DNA of 32,000 bases from Aquifex aeolicus VF5 (GTDB taxonomy: Bacteria; Aquificota; Aquificia; Aquificales; Aquificaceae), in the NCBI RefSeq assembly GCF_000008625.1, contig NC_000918.1, forward strand, positions 1,170,001 to 1,202,000, in the 5' to 3' direction. The stretch's first letter is position 1. The number at the start of each line of letters is the position of its first letter. Below, piece after piece: positions 7,548 through 16,099 of the stretch. Position numbers and translations under genes: made by a program. The notes under the pieces are model-generated. The model was not told the origin of the DNA. It ran no database searches and worked only from the letters and a program-made list of their open reading frames with translations.

Positions 7548-9359
7548 ATGCTCACAGAGTACGGAGACTTCAAAAGAACCAAGTACTGCGGAGAGGTAAG
7601 CGAAGAAGACATCGGAAAGGAAGTCAAGCTCGCGGGTTGGGTTCACAGAAAGAGACACCACGGCGGAGTAATATTCATAGACCTGAGGGACAGGGAGGGA
7701 ATAGTTCAGGTAGTAGTAGAAGAAAAGACAAATCCCGAGGCTTATGAGGTTGCGGACAAATTGAAGTCAGAGTACGTTATCGGAGTCGTAGGAAAGGTGA
7801 GAAAAAGACCGGAAGGAACGGAAAATCCCAAGCTAAAAACAGGATACGTTGAAGTGGTTGCGGATAGAATTCTCGTCTTCAACACGAGCGAAGCCCTACC
7901 CTTCCCAGTAGAAGAAGAAACACATGTATCAGAAGAGACGAAGTTAAAGTACAGGTACATAGACCTTAGAAGGGAGAGTATGAAGAACAACCTCATATTC
8001 AGACACAGGGTTTACCAGATAACTAGAAACTTCTTCACAAAAGAGGGTTTTATAGAAATAGAAACTCCCTTCCTTACAAAGTCAACTCCCGAAGGAGCGA
8101 GGGACTTTTTAGTTCCTTCAAGGCTACACCCGGGCAAGTTTTACGCCCTTCCTCAATCTCCTCAGCTATTTAAACAAATACTAATGATTGCAGGGTTTGA
8201 CAGGTACTTCCAGATAGTAAAGTGTTTCAGGGACGAGGACCTGAGGGCGGACAGACAGCCCGAATTTACCCAGATAGATTACGAGATGTCCTTCGTGAGC
8301 GAAGAAGAGGTAATGGATGTTGCGGAAAGACTTATCGCCACCCTCTTTAAAGAACTCCTCGGAGTAGAACTAAAAACACCCTTTGAGAGGATTTCTTACA
8401 GGGAAGCTATGGAGAAGTACGGGACGGATAAGCCAGACAGGAGGTTCGGACTAGAACTTATAGAACTCACGGACATATTCAAAAACACAGCCTTTAAGGT
8501 GTTTAAAAGCGTCGTTGAAGCGGGAGGGATAATAAAGGCTATAAACTTCAAAGGCTCAAATCTCTCAAGGAAGGAGATAGACGAACTCACAAAGTTCGTG
8601 CAAAGTCTCGGTGCAAAGGGACTTGCGTGGATAAAGGTAGAAAAGGACAAACTCACATCACCGATAGTGAAGTTCTTCACCGAAGAAGAAACTCAGAAAC
8701 TCCTTGAAAGGACGAAAGCAGAACCCGGAGATGTGATACTCTTTTCCGCGGACAAAAAGGAAATGGTTTACAAAATCCTCGGAAACCTGAGACTCCACCT
8801 CGGAAAGAAGTACAAGCTTATAGACGAGAGCAAGTGGGACGTTTTCTGGATAGTTGATTTCCCTCTTATGGAGTGGGACGAAGAGGAAGAGAGGTTCGTA
8901 TCACTTCACCACCCCTTCACCATGCCAAGGGAAGAGAACATTCCAAAACTAAAGGAAGCCTTGGAAGAGGAAGATTTAGAAAAGAAAAAGGAAATTGTTC
9001 ACTCGGTAAGGGCGAGGGCTTACGACATGGTCCTGAACGGAGAGGAAATAGGCGGAGGTTCTATACGTATCCACAGAAGGGATATTCAGGAAGTTGTTTT
9101 CAAACTCCTCGGTATAGGTGAGGTGGAAGCTCAGGAGAAGTTCGGCTTCCTTCTGGAAGCCCTCAAATACGGAGCACCTCCCCACGGTGGACTTGCCTTC
9201 GGGCTTGATAGGGTAGTGGCTTTGATGCTCGGACTTGATTCTATAAGGGACACGATAGCCTTCCCGAAGACTCAAAGAGGTATATGTCCTCTTACGGGAG
9301 CGCCCGATTACGTGGACCCCAAACAACTCAAGGAACTTCACATAAAAGTTTTAGAATAA
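7548..9359 (+). CDS. aspS: Aspartyl-tRNA synthetase
   Basis: VKLAGWVHRKRHHGGVIFIDLRDREG; FLTKSTPEGARDFLVPSR; GLAFGLDRVVALMLG, all bacterial AspRS motifs. Confidence 0.96.
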   Translation: MLTEYGDFKRTKYCGEVSEEDIGKEVKLAGWVHRKRHHGGVIFIDLRDREGIVQVVVEEKTNPEAYEVADKLKSEYVIGVVGKVRKRPEGTENPKLKTGYVEVVADRILVFNTSEALPFPVEEETHVSEETKLKYRYIDLRRESMKNNLIFRHRVYQITRNFFTKEGFIEIETPFLTKSTPEGARDFLVPSRLHPGKFYALPQSPQLFKQILMIAGFDRYFQIVKCFRDEDLRADRQPEFTQIDYEMSFVSEEEVMDVAERLIATLFKELLGVELKTPFERISYREAMEKYGTDKPDRRFGLELIELTDIFKNTAFKVFKSVVEAGGIIKAINFKGSNLSRKEIDELTKFVQSLGAKGLAWIKVEKDKLTSPIVKFFTEEETQKLLERTKAEPGDVILFSADKKEMVYKILGNLRLHLGKKYKLIDESKWDVFWIVDFPLMEWDEEEERFVSLHHPFTMPREENIPKLKEALEEEDLEKKKEIVHSVRARAYDMVLNGEEIGGGSIRIHRRDIQEVVFKLLGIGEVEAQEKFGFLLEALKYGAPPHGGLAFGLDRVVALMLGLDSIRDTIAFPKTQRGICPLTGAPDYVDPKQLKELHIKVLE

Positions 9360-9363
9360 AAGT

Positions 9364-9921
9364 ATGGAGAAGAGAATTACGACACCTCTTACGGACGAAG
9401 TTGTGAAGTCCTTAAGGGCGGGAGACAAGGTTCTCATAACGGGCTACATTTATACCGCAAGGGACGCAGCCCACAAGAGAATGGTTGAAGCTATACAGAG
9501 GGGAGAAAAACCGCCGATAGACTTAAAAGGTCAAATAATCTACTACGTAGGCCCAACTCCACCAAAGCCCGGACAGGTTATAGGCTCTGCCGGACCTACC
9601 ACAGCGATAAGAATGGACAAGTACGTGGAACCCCTCCTAAAGCTCGGACTGAAGGGAATGATAGGAAAAGGTTACAGAAGCCCGCAAGTTAAAGAACTGC
9701 TGAAAAAGTACAAGGCTGTTTACTTTGCGGCGGTTGGAGGAGTAGCGACCCTTCTCCAGAAGCACATAAAGAGTTCCGAGCTTATAGCTTATGAGGACTT
9801 AGGAACGGAAGCCATAAGAAGACTTTACGTTGAGGATTTTCCCGTTATCGTTGCAAACGACGCCTTCGGAGGCGACGTATTCGAAGAGGGCAGGAAGAAG
9901 TACGCGAAAATAGATGTTTAA
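9364..9921 (+). CDS. Class I fumarate hydratase beta subunit / C-terminal domain protein
   Basis: GYIYTARDAAHKRM, GPTPPKPGQVIGSAGPTTAIRMD, MIGKGYRS, AVYFAAVGGVATLL. Confidence 0.92.
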   Translation: MEKRITTPLTDEVVKSLRAGDKVLITGYIYTARDAAHKRMVEAIQRGEKPPIDLKGQIIYYVGPTPPKPGQVIGSAGPTTAIRMDKYVEPLLKLGLKGMIGKGYRSPQVKELLKKYKAVYFAAVGGVATLLQKHIKSSELIAYEDLGTEAIRRLYVEDFPVIVANDAFGGDVFEEGRKKYAKIDV

Positions 9922-10711
9922 AAGGATAAGGGAAATAAAGGAAAAGGAACAGGAAGAATTAGTAAGGAAAATATCGGAACTACTAGCGCTCGAAAGAGAA
10001 CTCGAAAGGAAACTTGAAGAACTCCTAAGAGAATACGACAGAAAAAGCCAGAGTGTAAATACCTTGAACGAAATCTTCAAGTTAAAGGCCATAACTAGAA
10101 AAATAGAGGAAACCGTAGACTACTTGGAGGAATTGAACGTCAAAAAAGAGGAGCTAAAAGAAAAGTATCTGGAGTTAAAAGGTGAGATAAAGTCAATAGA
10201 GATACTGGAGGAGAGGAAAAAGAGGGAAAAAATCAAAAAGGAAATAGCGGTAAGCCTTCAAGAACTTGGATTTATGCATCTCGTAAAGAAGATAATTCCC
10301 GTTTTTTTTATGTTTTTCTCCTTCCTCTTTTCTGAAAGTGCCACACAAAAAGCATTAAAAGATAGCATTAACTTAAAAGAGGATTACAAGGTTCTCCTGA
10401 AGTTGATAGAGGAAAAGCTAAAAAAACTGGAAGAGGAGAGGAAAAAGCTCGAAGCCCTGCAAAAAACACCCTTGACGGAGGAGGAAAAGAAGAAACTGGA
10501 AAAGCTGATTAAATCCGTGGAGAAAGCCCCGGCGGACGAGATAGCTCCCGCTATAGAAAACCTTCCGCCCAAGTTAGCGGCGGAGATACTTCTGAGGATT
10601 AAGGAGAGGAAAGCAGGTCAGATACTCGCAAATATGAACCCTCAGAAGGCTTCAGAAATTATGAAGTACATACTTGAAAGAAATCCCAGCTTCAACGCTC
10701 AGGTAGATTGA
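9914..10711 (+). CDS. FliJ-like coiled coil fused to MotE-like flagellar protein
   Basis: N-terminal charged coiled coil (MFKRIREIKEKEQEELVRKISELL...EERKKREKIKKEIAVSLQELG), then a hydrophobic segment, then a MotE/MgtE-N-like tail LEKAPADEIAPAIENLPPKLAAEILLRIKERKAGQILANMNPQKASEIMKY (first residues abbreviated from VEKAPADE). Confidence 0.7.
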   Translation: MFKRIREIKEKEQEELVRKISELLALERELERKLEELLREYDRKSQSVNTLNEIFKLKAITRKIEETVDYLEELNVKKEELKEKYLELKGEIKSIEILEERKKREKIKKEIAVSLQELGFMHLVKKIIPVFFMFFSFLFSESATQKALKDSINLKEDYKVLLKLIEEKLKKLEEERKKLEALQKTPLTEEEKKKLEKLIKSVEKAPADEIAPAIENLPPKLAAEILLRIKERKAGQILANMNPQKASEIMKYILERNPSFNAQVD

Positions 10712-11771
10712 AGTACTTTAAGATAGCCCTGTAAATCGCGTAAGCGAACTTTTTCTGGAAGTGTCTGCTCCTTAACTTTCTAGCTTCGTAAGGGTTCGTT
10801 ATAAATCCGGCTTCTATTAAGACTGAGGGTATTCCAGGCGTCTTGAGGACTGCAAAGTTTGCCCTCTTTATCCCCTTAAAGCGGACGCTCCTTCTCATAG
10901 TTCTCTTTATCTCCCTTGCTAGTATCTTTGCAAAGTCAACGCTGTCCTCCAAAGTTACCCTGAAAGCGAGGTCTGAGATGATCAGCCTCAATTGTCTGTT
11001 CCTCGGATCTCCTCCCCTTATTATCTGCCCGGCGTAACTCAGGTCACTCAGGAGCTTGCTCTTCTTCTGTTTTGCACCTCTGTAAGAAAGGGCGAATATC
11101 TGAGTGCCCCTCGCGTAGGGTCTTCTCTTAGGTGCCGCGTCCGCGTGAATGCTTACAAAGAGGTGTGCCCTGTTCCTTATAGCTATCTGTGCCCTTTTCT
11201 CTAAAGGAACGAAGTAATCCCCCTTCCTCGTCATAATTACTCTAAACCTTCCGTCCCTTTTGAGGTAGTAAGCGAGATACTTCGCTATTTGAAAGTTTAC
11301 CCACTTCTCTTTTATTCCCCTCCAGCCTATGGCTCCGGGATCCTTCCCGCCGTGTCCCGCATCCACGACAACCGTAAACTTTCTCGGCTTTACTCTTATC
11401 CTTTTTTCCTTTATAAGATCAACAACGAGTCTGTCTGGATTCTTCAAGGTAAAGGCCCTTACTGAGTACTGTTTTTCCGGTTTTAAAACCACCCTCCTTC
11501 CCCACGGGTGCTTACCGAGTTTGTAAGAAATGCCCTTCGGCAGGCGAACTCTCTTTATCCTCACGTCCTTACCGAGAAGGTCTATTACTATCCTGTATGG
11601 TCTCTTTAAGACGAATATCCTGTACTTCGTCTCCTTTGATAGGTCAAAAACTACCCTTACCTTGTCTTTATGAATTCCGTGCCTTATTTTGACGAGATTC
11701 AGAGGGAAGGTAAAGCTTACAAAAAGTAAAAACAGTAAGACCTTAAAACTGGTCGAACTCCTTAGGAGCAC
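10692..11771 (-). CDS. N-acetylmuramoyl-L-alanine amidase (AMIN + Amidase_3)
   Basis: VVVDAGHGGKDPGAIGWRGIKEKWVN, VSIHADAA, FAVLKTPGIPSVLIEAGFITN. Confidence 0.93.
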   Translation of the reverse strand: MLLRSSTSFKVLLFLLFVSFTFPLNLVKIRHGIHKDKVRVVFDLSKETKYRIFVLKRPYRIVIDLLGKDVRIKRVRLPKGISYKLGKHPWGRRVVLKPEKQYSVRAFTLKNPDRLVVDLIKEKRIRVKPRKFTVVVDAGHGGKDPGAIGWRGIKEKWVNFQIAKYLAYYLKRDGRFRVIMTRKGDYFVPLEKRAQIAIRNRAHLFVSIHADAAPKRRPYARGTQIFALSYRGAKQKKSKLLSDLSYAGQIIRGGDPRNRQLRLIISDLAFRVTLEDSVDFAKILAREIKRTMRRSVRFKGIKRANFAVLKTPGIPSVLIEAGFITNPYEARKLRSRHFQKKFAYAIYRAILKYFNLPER

Positions 11772-13401
11772 TGACTTCCTCCTCCACCTCTTCCTTCTTA
11801 GTAGCCCACGGAGCCAAAGGAAACTTTATCATCACGGGGTTGGGAATGTCTGGCTGGTAGAGTATCATCGTCCCCTTCTTTAGCATTATAGCCCTCTGTC
11901 TAAAGTTTCCGGTCAGGAACTCGTACTCTTTGCTGAGGACTTCACTGCTGTCAAGCCTTCCCGTTACCTTTACCGCTGCGTTAGCTACTATCCTCTTCTC
12001 AATTTCACTTGCAGTTTGCTGTGCTCCTATTAGTATAACTCCTAAACTCCTTCCTCTTTCCGCGATGTCGAGCAAGATTTCTTTTATGGGACTCCACTTG
12101 TCCTTAGGTGCGTATTTATTTAATTCGTCCAGAACGACGAAAATTTTAGGGTAGGGATTTCCCGTCTCTTCTTTTTCTCTGAATATCTTCTTGAGTATTG
12201 AACCAACAACGAACATTTTGGCTATACCGTGGAGATCCGATATGTCTATTACGTTGAGCTGGTGGGAGCGCCAATCTATGTGCCTGGATTTATTTCCGTG
12301 AACGAGGTGCTTGCAGTGGGAAGCGGCGTGGTGAAACCTCCTCAAAAAGGCGTATGCGGTTGCGGTTGCAGCCGTTCCGAACCACTCCCTGTAGCGGTCG
12401 GGATCTCTCTTCGTTTCCCTGTCTTCTATAACCTCGTGCAGGAGCTTTAAAAGATCCCCGAGAGAGTTTATCTCCTGACCGTTTTCGTCAAGTAGCACGT
12501 CTCCCGGGCTTTCCTTTGCAAGTTGCTGGAGTTTTTCTGAAACCCTGTCTATTACGTAGTGGAGTGAAGTCGCCCCTTCGTCTCCTTCCGCAAAGAGAAA
12601 CCTCAGTAATCCTTCCTGTGCAAAGTCCTTCATGGACCACTTGTAGGGAAATACCCCTTCCAGTCTCTCCCCCGAGGATGGGATCTCGCTCCACTCCTGT
12701 TCGGGAGGTGCCCAGAATGCAACGTTCTTGAAAGGTTCTGGCGGAAGACCCAGTTTTTCAAAAGCCTCTCTGTGTTCCTTAGTAAACCTCTTGTTCTTCT
12801 TGTCTATCCACAAAAGATCTTTTCCTTTTACGTTGAATATTATCCCGTGAATCTTTGTCCTGTCGTCCGCCTTCTGGAATATAGAGTATAGAAGGAATAG
12901 GGCGTAAGAAGTTTTTGTAGCAACTCCGGACATACCAGAAATTGATATGTGAGCCCCTTCCCTTCCGTTTATAAAGTCGTAATTGAGGTAAACAACCTCT
13001 CCGTTTCTCGTAAGCCCTGCGGGAATCTTCCTTTTCATATTGTCGTAGTAGAGGGCTTTTTCAAAGTCTATTCCCTCGGCTTTAAAGACGTAATCACCGG
13101 GTGTAGGAGGTATGAACACTTCTGGTTCTATACGGGTGACGGAAACCCTAGCCATGTAAGCCAAGTTTGCAGGAACGACCCCGCTATTTACAAGCTGGGC
13201 GTCATATACAAGTTCAACACCTTCCAGGTACTTTATAACTTCCTGAACGATCCCGTAGAACTTTATCTCCTCATTAGTTCCGTCTATTTTTGAATTAACT
13301 ACTACGACGTCGTCAAGTTGAAGGAATTTTCCCTTTTCTACCCCTACCCAGAACTCAAGGGGGTTTGAAGGCTTTGTTCCTAAAACTATTCCCACTTTCA
13401 T
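11743..13401 (-). CDS. HerA/DUF87-type ATPase
   Basis: HAS-barrel-like N-terminus, nucleotide loop HISISGMSGVATKTSYALFLLYSIF, Walker B-like KIFVVLDELNKYAP, and GVILIGAQQTASEI. Confidence 0.8.
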   Translation of the reverse strand: MKVGIVLGTKPSNPLEFWVGVEKGKFLQLDDVVVVNSKIDGTNEEIKFYGIVQEVIKYLEGVELVYDAQLVNSGVVPANLAYMARVSVTRIEPEVFIPPTPGDYVFKAEGIDFEKALYYDNMKRKIPAGLTRNGEVVYLNYDFINGREGAHISISGMSGVATKTSYALFLLYSIFQKADDRTKIHGIIFNVKGKDLLWIDKKNKRFTKEHREAFEKLGLPPEPFKNVAFWAPPEQEWSEIPSSGERLEGVFPYKWSMKDFAQEGLLRFLFAEGDEGATSLHYVIDRVSEKLQQLAKESPGDVLLDENGQEINSLGDLLKLLHEVIEDRETKRDPDRYREWFGTAATATAYAFLRRFHHAASHCKHLVHGNKSRHIDWRSHQLNVIDISDLHGIAKMFVVGSILKKIFREKEETGNPYPKIFVVLDELNKYAPKDKWSPIKEILLDIAERGRSLGVILIGAQQTASEIEKRIVANAAVKVTGRLDSSEVLSKEYEFLTGNFRQRAIMLKKGTMILYQPDIPNPVMIKFPLAPWATKKEEVEEEVSAPKEFDQF

Positions 13402-13450
13402 GTTTTGCCCCTCTTTCAGATAAACTTACTCCTAAAGAGGATTTTAACAC

Positions 13451-16099
13451 CTAATTCAGTATTATTTTTGTGTTTAAAACTTTATTTTCCTCCCCGTCGG
13501 GTGGTGCCCAATGCGCATCCGGAGGCGTTTTTTCCACGGGAGACCACGGGTGTCCTTTCGGGATTATTATTTCCGAATCTTTTACAGTGTTAAACCTTGA
13601 ATAACCGCCGTGGAAGTTTACATCAACGAAAAAAGTGCAGTTTTTCACCACATTTCTCGAAGAAGCCCACTGAATTACAAAGTGCCTCACACCTTTTACG
13701 TAACACTTTACAAACACTATTCTGTGGGACTTGTAAATCCTGACGTATCCGTTTCCCCCTTTCCCTTTATTCCAGCTCCCGAAAGCTTTAAAGTTTTTAA
13801 CTTTAACACCGTAGCTGTTTTCAAGGCTAAGAGGATGACTACCTGCCATAAGCACCTTTACGTTTATAAGGGAACTCTCCGATACCCACCTGAGCCTAAT
13901 TCCATCAACTTTATACCCGGGAAACAAATTCTCGTAAACGTACTCAACTTCGCGCGGGTCGTGGTCAGGGACTTCCTGATAAAGTGTCAGGTTTTCTATC
14001 CTGACGTTCTTTACAAACTCAGGAGCGTAAACCACGCTGTTAGGAGGGTAATCTATCTCCACGGGTTCTGACAGAATAATCCTATTTCTGCGAACTTCCT
14101 CAACTCTGTAAATTCCCTGTCTCAAAAAAGGCTTTTCCTTTTTCCAGACCCTTGAGCCTATACTCTTCAAAAACTCCTCCGTATTAGGAGCACCTATCCA
14201 GACGTAATTGAGTTTTCCTTTTACTTCTCTGTCCAGAAGTAATTCACTTTCACCTTTTCTCACACCCTTTAACGTATAACCTAGCTTTTTTCCTTTACTC
14301 CCGGAAACCTCTATAACGCTTTTGTCTTCGCCCTTTATCTTTGAAATTATCAGAACCTTTCCTTTTCCTTTCAGCGTGATATTTGAAGTATTTATCTTTA
14401 CGGGTCTGTAAACGCAGTAAGTTCCCTGTTCTATGTAAATTTCATTTACTCCGCGTTTTAGTGCCATTTCAATTTTACTTTCCAGTCCTTCCTTGCAATC
14501 TTTTATTTCTGCAGAAAAGGCAAGTCCGGGCAAGGGCAGCGGACCGAACCTCGGGAGCTTGAAAACACCCACGTACAGCCCTACGAAGTATACGTAAAGA
14601 GTTATGTAAAGAACTATTAATCCGTACCTCAGCATAGTCCTGAGAGTTTTGAAACTGTGAATTTTTGCCTGTATTTCCTGTTTTGCGTGTTTAGCCCAAC
14701 TCTGTTTTGCTAAGTTTGATGAAGCGTAAATCTTCACTACTGAACCTACCCACTTGTCGTAAACTTGGAGAAGTAGGTGTAGTATGTGAGGTGTGAGGCG
14801 TGAAATAAAAAACAACCACGTCAATTGAAGCGTTCTTATCCATATTACCCATACCGCGTAAAAGACCCAGTAAAAGGGAGATATAAAGAGGGAGAGAAGG
14901 GTTGCACCTGTGGGCCCAACTAAACTCGTCCACATGGAAATCCTTTGATCCACTATAGCCCACCATATGAACCAGCTTCCTATTTTCTTCGGACCTAGCT
15001 TAATAGCCCTCCAGTTATTCCTGAGCATATTCCCGTACCACCTGAACATGAGGGATATAGAAATCTTAAAGAAGTTTCCGCTCCTTTCCTCCACAGACCA
15101 TGTGAGTGCGTCCGGAGCATAAAGCATATCCCAGCCGTTTTTCAGAAGGTAAAACCACGTACTTTTGTCGTCTCCCATCAAGAACCTGAACTTACCGAAC
15201 AGGTAATGCTCAAGTTTATCTGCTTCAACAAACCTTATGAATTCTTCATTCAATACTACATGAGCCCTGAATACGGAAAACCTCCCTGTTAAAGTCAGAA
15301 CTTTCCTGTAAAGGCTGTGGGACATCATCATCATGTGTCTTCTTGCGAACTTTAACCTGTACCAGAGCAGTAAGAGGAAGTTCTTTCCGATGTAGTGAAC
15401 CTCTTCATCGGTCGTTACCGCCGCTATTTTCGGAGAAAGTTTAAAGAGCGGAAGCGTTTTTTTGAGGACGTCCTTTCCCAAAACAGTATCCCCGTCCATG
15501 AACACTATAAGGTCATCCTTGTAATCCCTGTGGAAGTAAAGAGGGTGCGTAAAGTGTCTGGAAATGGCACGGAGGGTGTGTCCCATAGCTACCCTTTTAC
15601 CGAGCTCCTGATACAGAAATATGAGCTTTATCTTTTCCTTGTAGTCGTAAGCTCTAACTACCTGCTCAATGAAGTCCGCTTCCTTTTTAGACCCAACTGC
15701 TACGAATACGTAAACCTCAGATGGAATTTTGTAGCATTCCTGAACAAGGGACATGAAAACGATTTCCGAAACCCTTGGACTCTCTTTATAGGAGGGAATC
15801 ATGAAGTATAGCCTTCTGGGATAGGGATTTTTAACCTTCTTTAATATTCTCCTGTACTTGGGATACACGTAGAAGTTGTATATAAGGGCGTTTAGAGCGT
15901 TAATTGCAAACCACGTGTACCTCCATACACCTATCGCTGCTATGGCTAAAAAACCGTGAAACTTCAGGTCCCACGCTCTTCCCGGAAGTAAGGCGAGTAT
16001 TATGAAGGAAATCCCAAGCCAGAAGAACAGAAATAAAAGAAATTGGGGCCAAGATTTTGGAAAATCTTCTCTGGAGGAATAAGCGAGATTTGGTTTCAT
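13451..16099 (-). CDS. Membrane GT2 polysaccharide synthase (Alg8-like) fused to C-terminal right-handed beta-helix domain
   Basis: GT2 DGDTVLGKDVL and TTDEEVHYIG; multiple transmembrane segments; C-terminal repeats such as ITLKGKGKVLIIS, VRIENLTLYQEV, GVKVKNFKAFGS, RNVVKNCTFFVDV typical of pectate-lyase/AlgG-like beta-helices. Confidence 0.82.
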   Translation of the reverse strand: MKPNLAYSSREDFPKSWPQFLLFLFFWLGISFIILALLPGRAWDLKFHGFLAIAAIGVWRYTWFAINALNALIYNFYVYPKYRRILKKVKNPYPRRLYFMIPSYKESPRVSEIVFMSLVQECYKIPSEVYVFVAVGSKKEADFIEQVVRAYDYKEKIKLIFLYQELGKRVAMGHTLRAISRHFTHPLYFHRDYKDDLIVFMDGDTVLGKDVLKKTLPLFKLSPKIAAVTTDEEVHYIGKNFLLLLWYRLKFARRHMMMMSHSLYRKVLTLTGRFSVFRAHVVLNEEFIRFVEADKLEHYLFGKFRFLMGDDKSTWFYLLKNGWDMLYAPDALTWSVEERSGNFFKISISLMFRWYGNMLRNNWRAIKLGPKKIGSWFIWWAIVDQRISMWTSLVGPTGATLLSLFISPFYWVFYAVWVIWIRTLQLTWLFFISRLTPHILHLLLQVYDKWVGSVVKIYASSNLAKQSWAKHAKQEIQAKIHSFKTLRTMLRYGLIVLYITLYVYFVGLYVGVFKLPRFGPLPLPGLAFSAEIKDCKEGLESKIEMALKRGVNEIYIEQGTYCVYRPVKINTSNITLKGKGKVLIISKIKGEDKSVIEVSGSKGKKLGYTLKGVRKGESELLLDREVKGKLNYVWIGAPNTEEFLKSIGSRVWKKEKPFLRQGIYRVEEVRRNRIILSEPVEIDYPPNSVVYAPEFVKNVRIENLTLYQEVPDHDPREVEYVYENLFPGYKVDGIRLRWVSESSLINVKVLMAGSHPLSLENSYGVKVKNFKAFGSWNKGKGGNGYVRIYKSHRIVFVKCYVKGVRHFVIQWASSRNVVKNCTFFVDVNFHGGYSRFNTVKDSEIIIPKGHPWSPVEKTPPDAHWAPPDGEENKVLNTKIILN

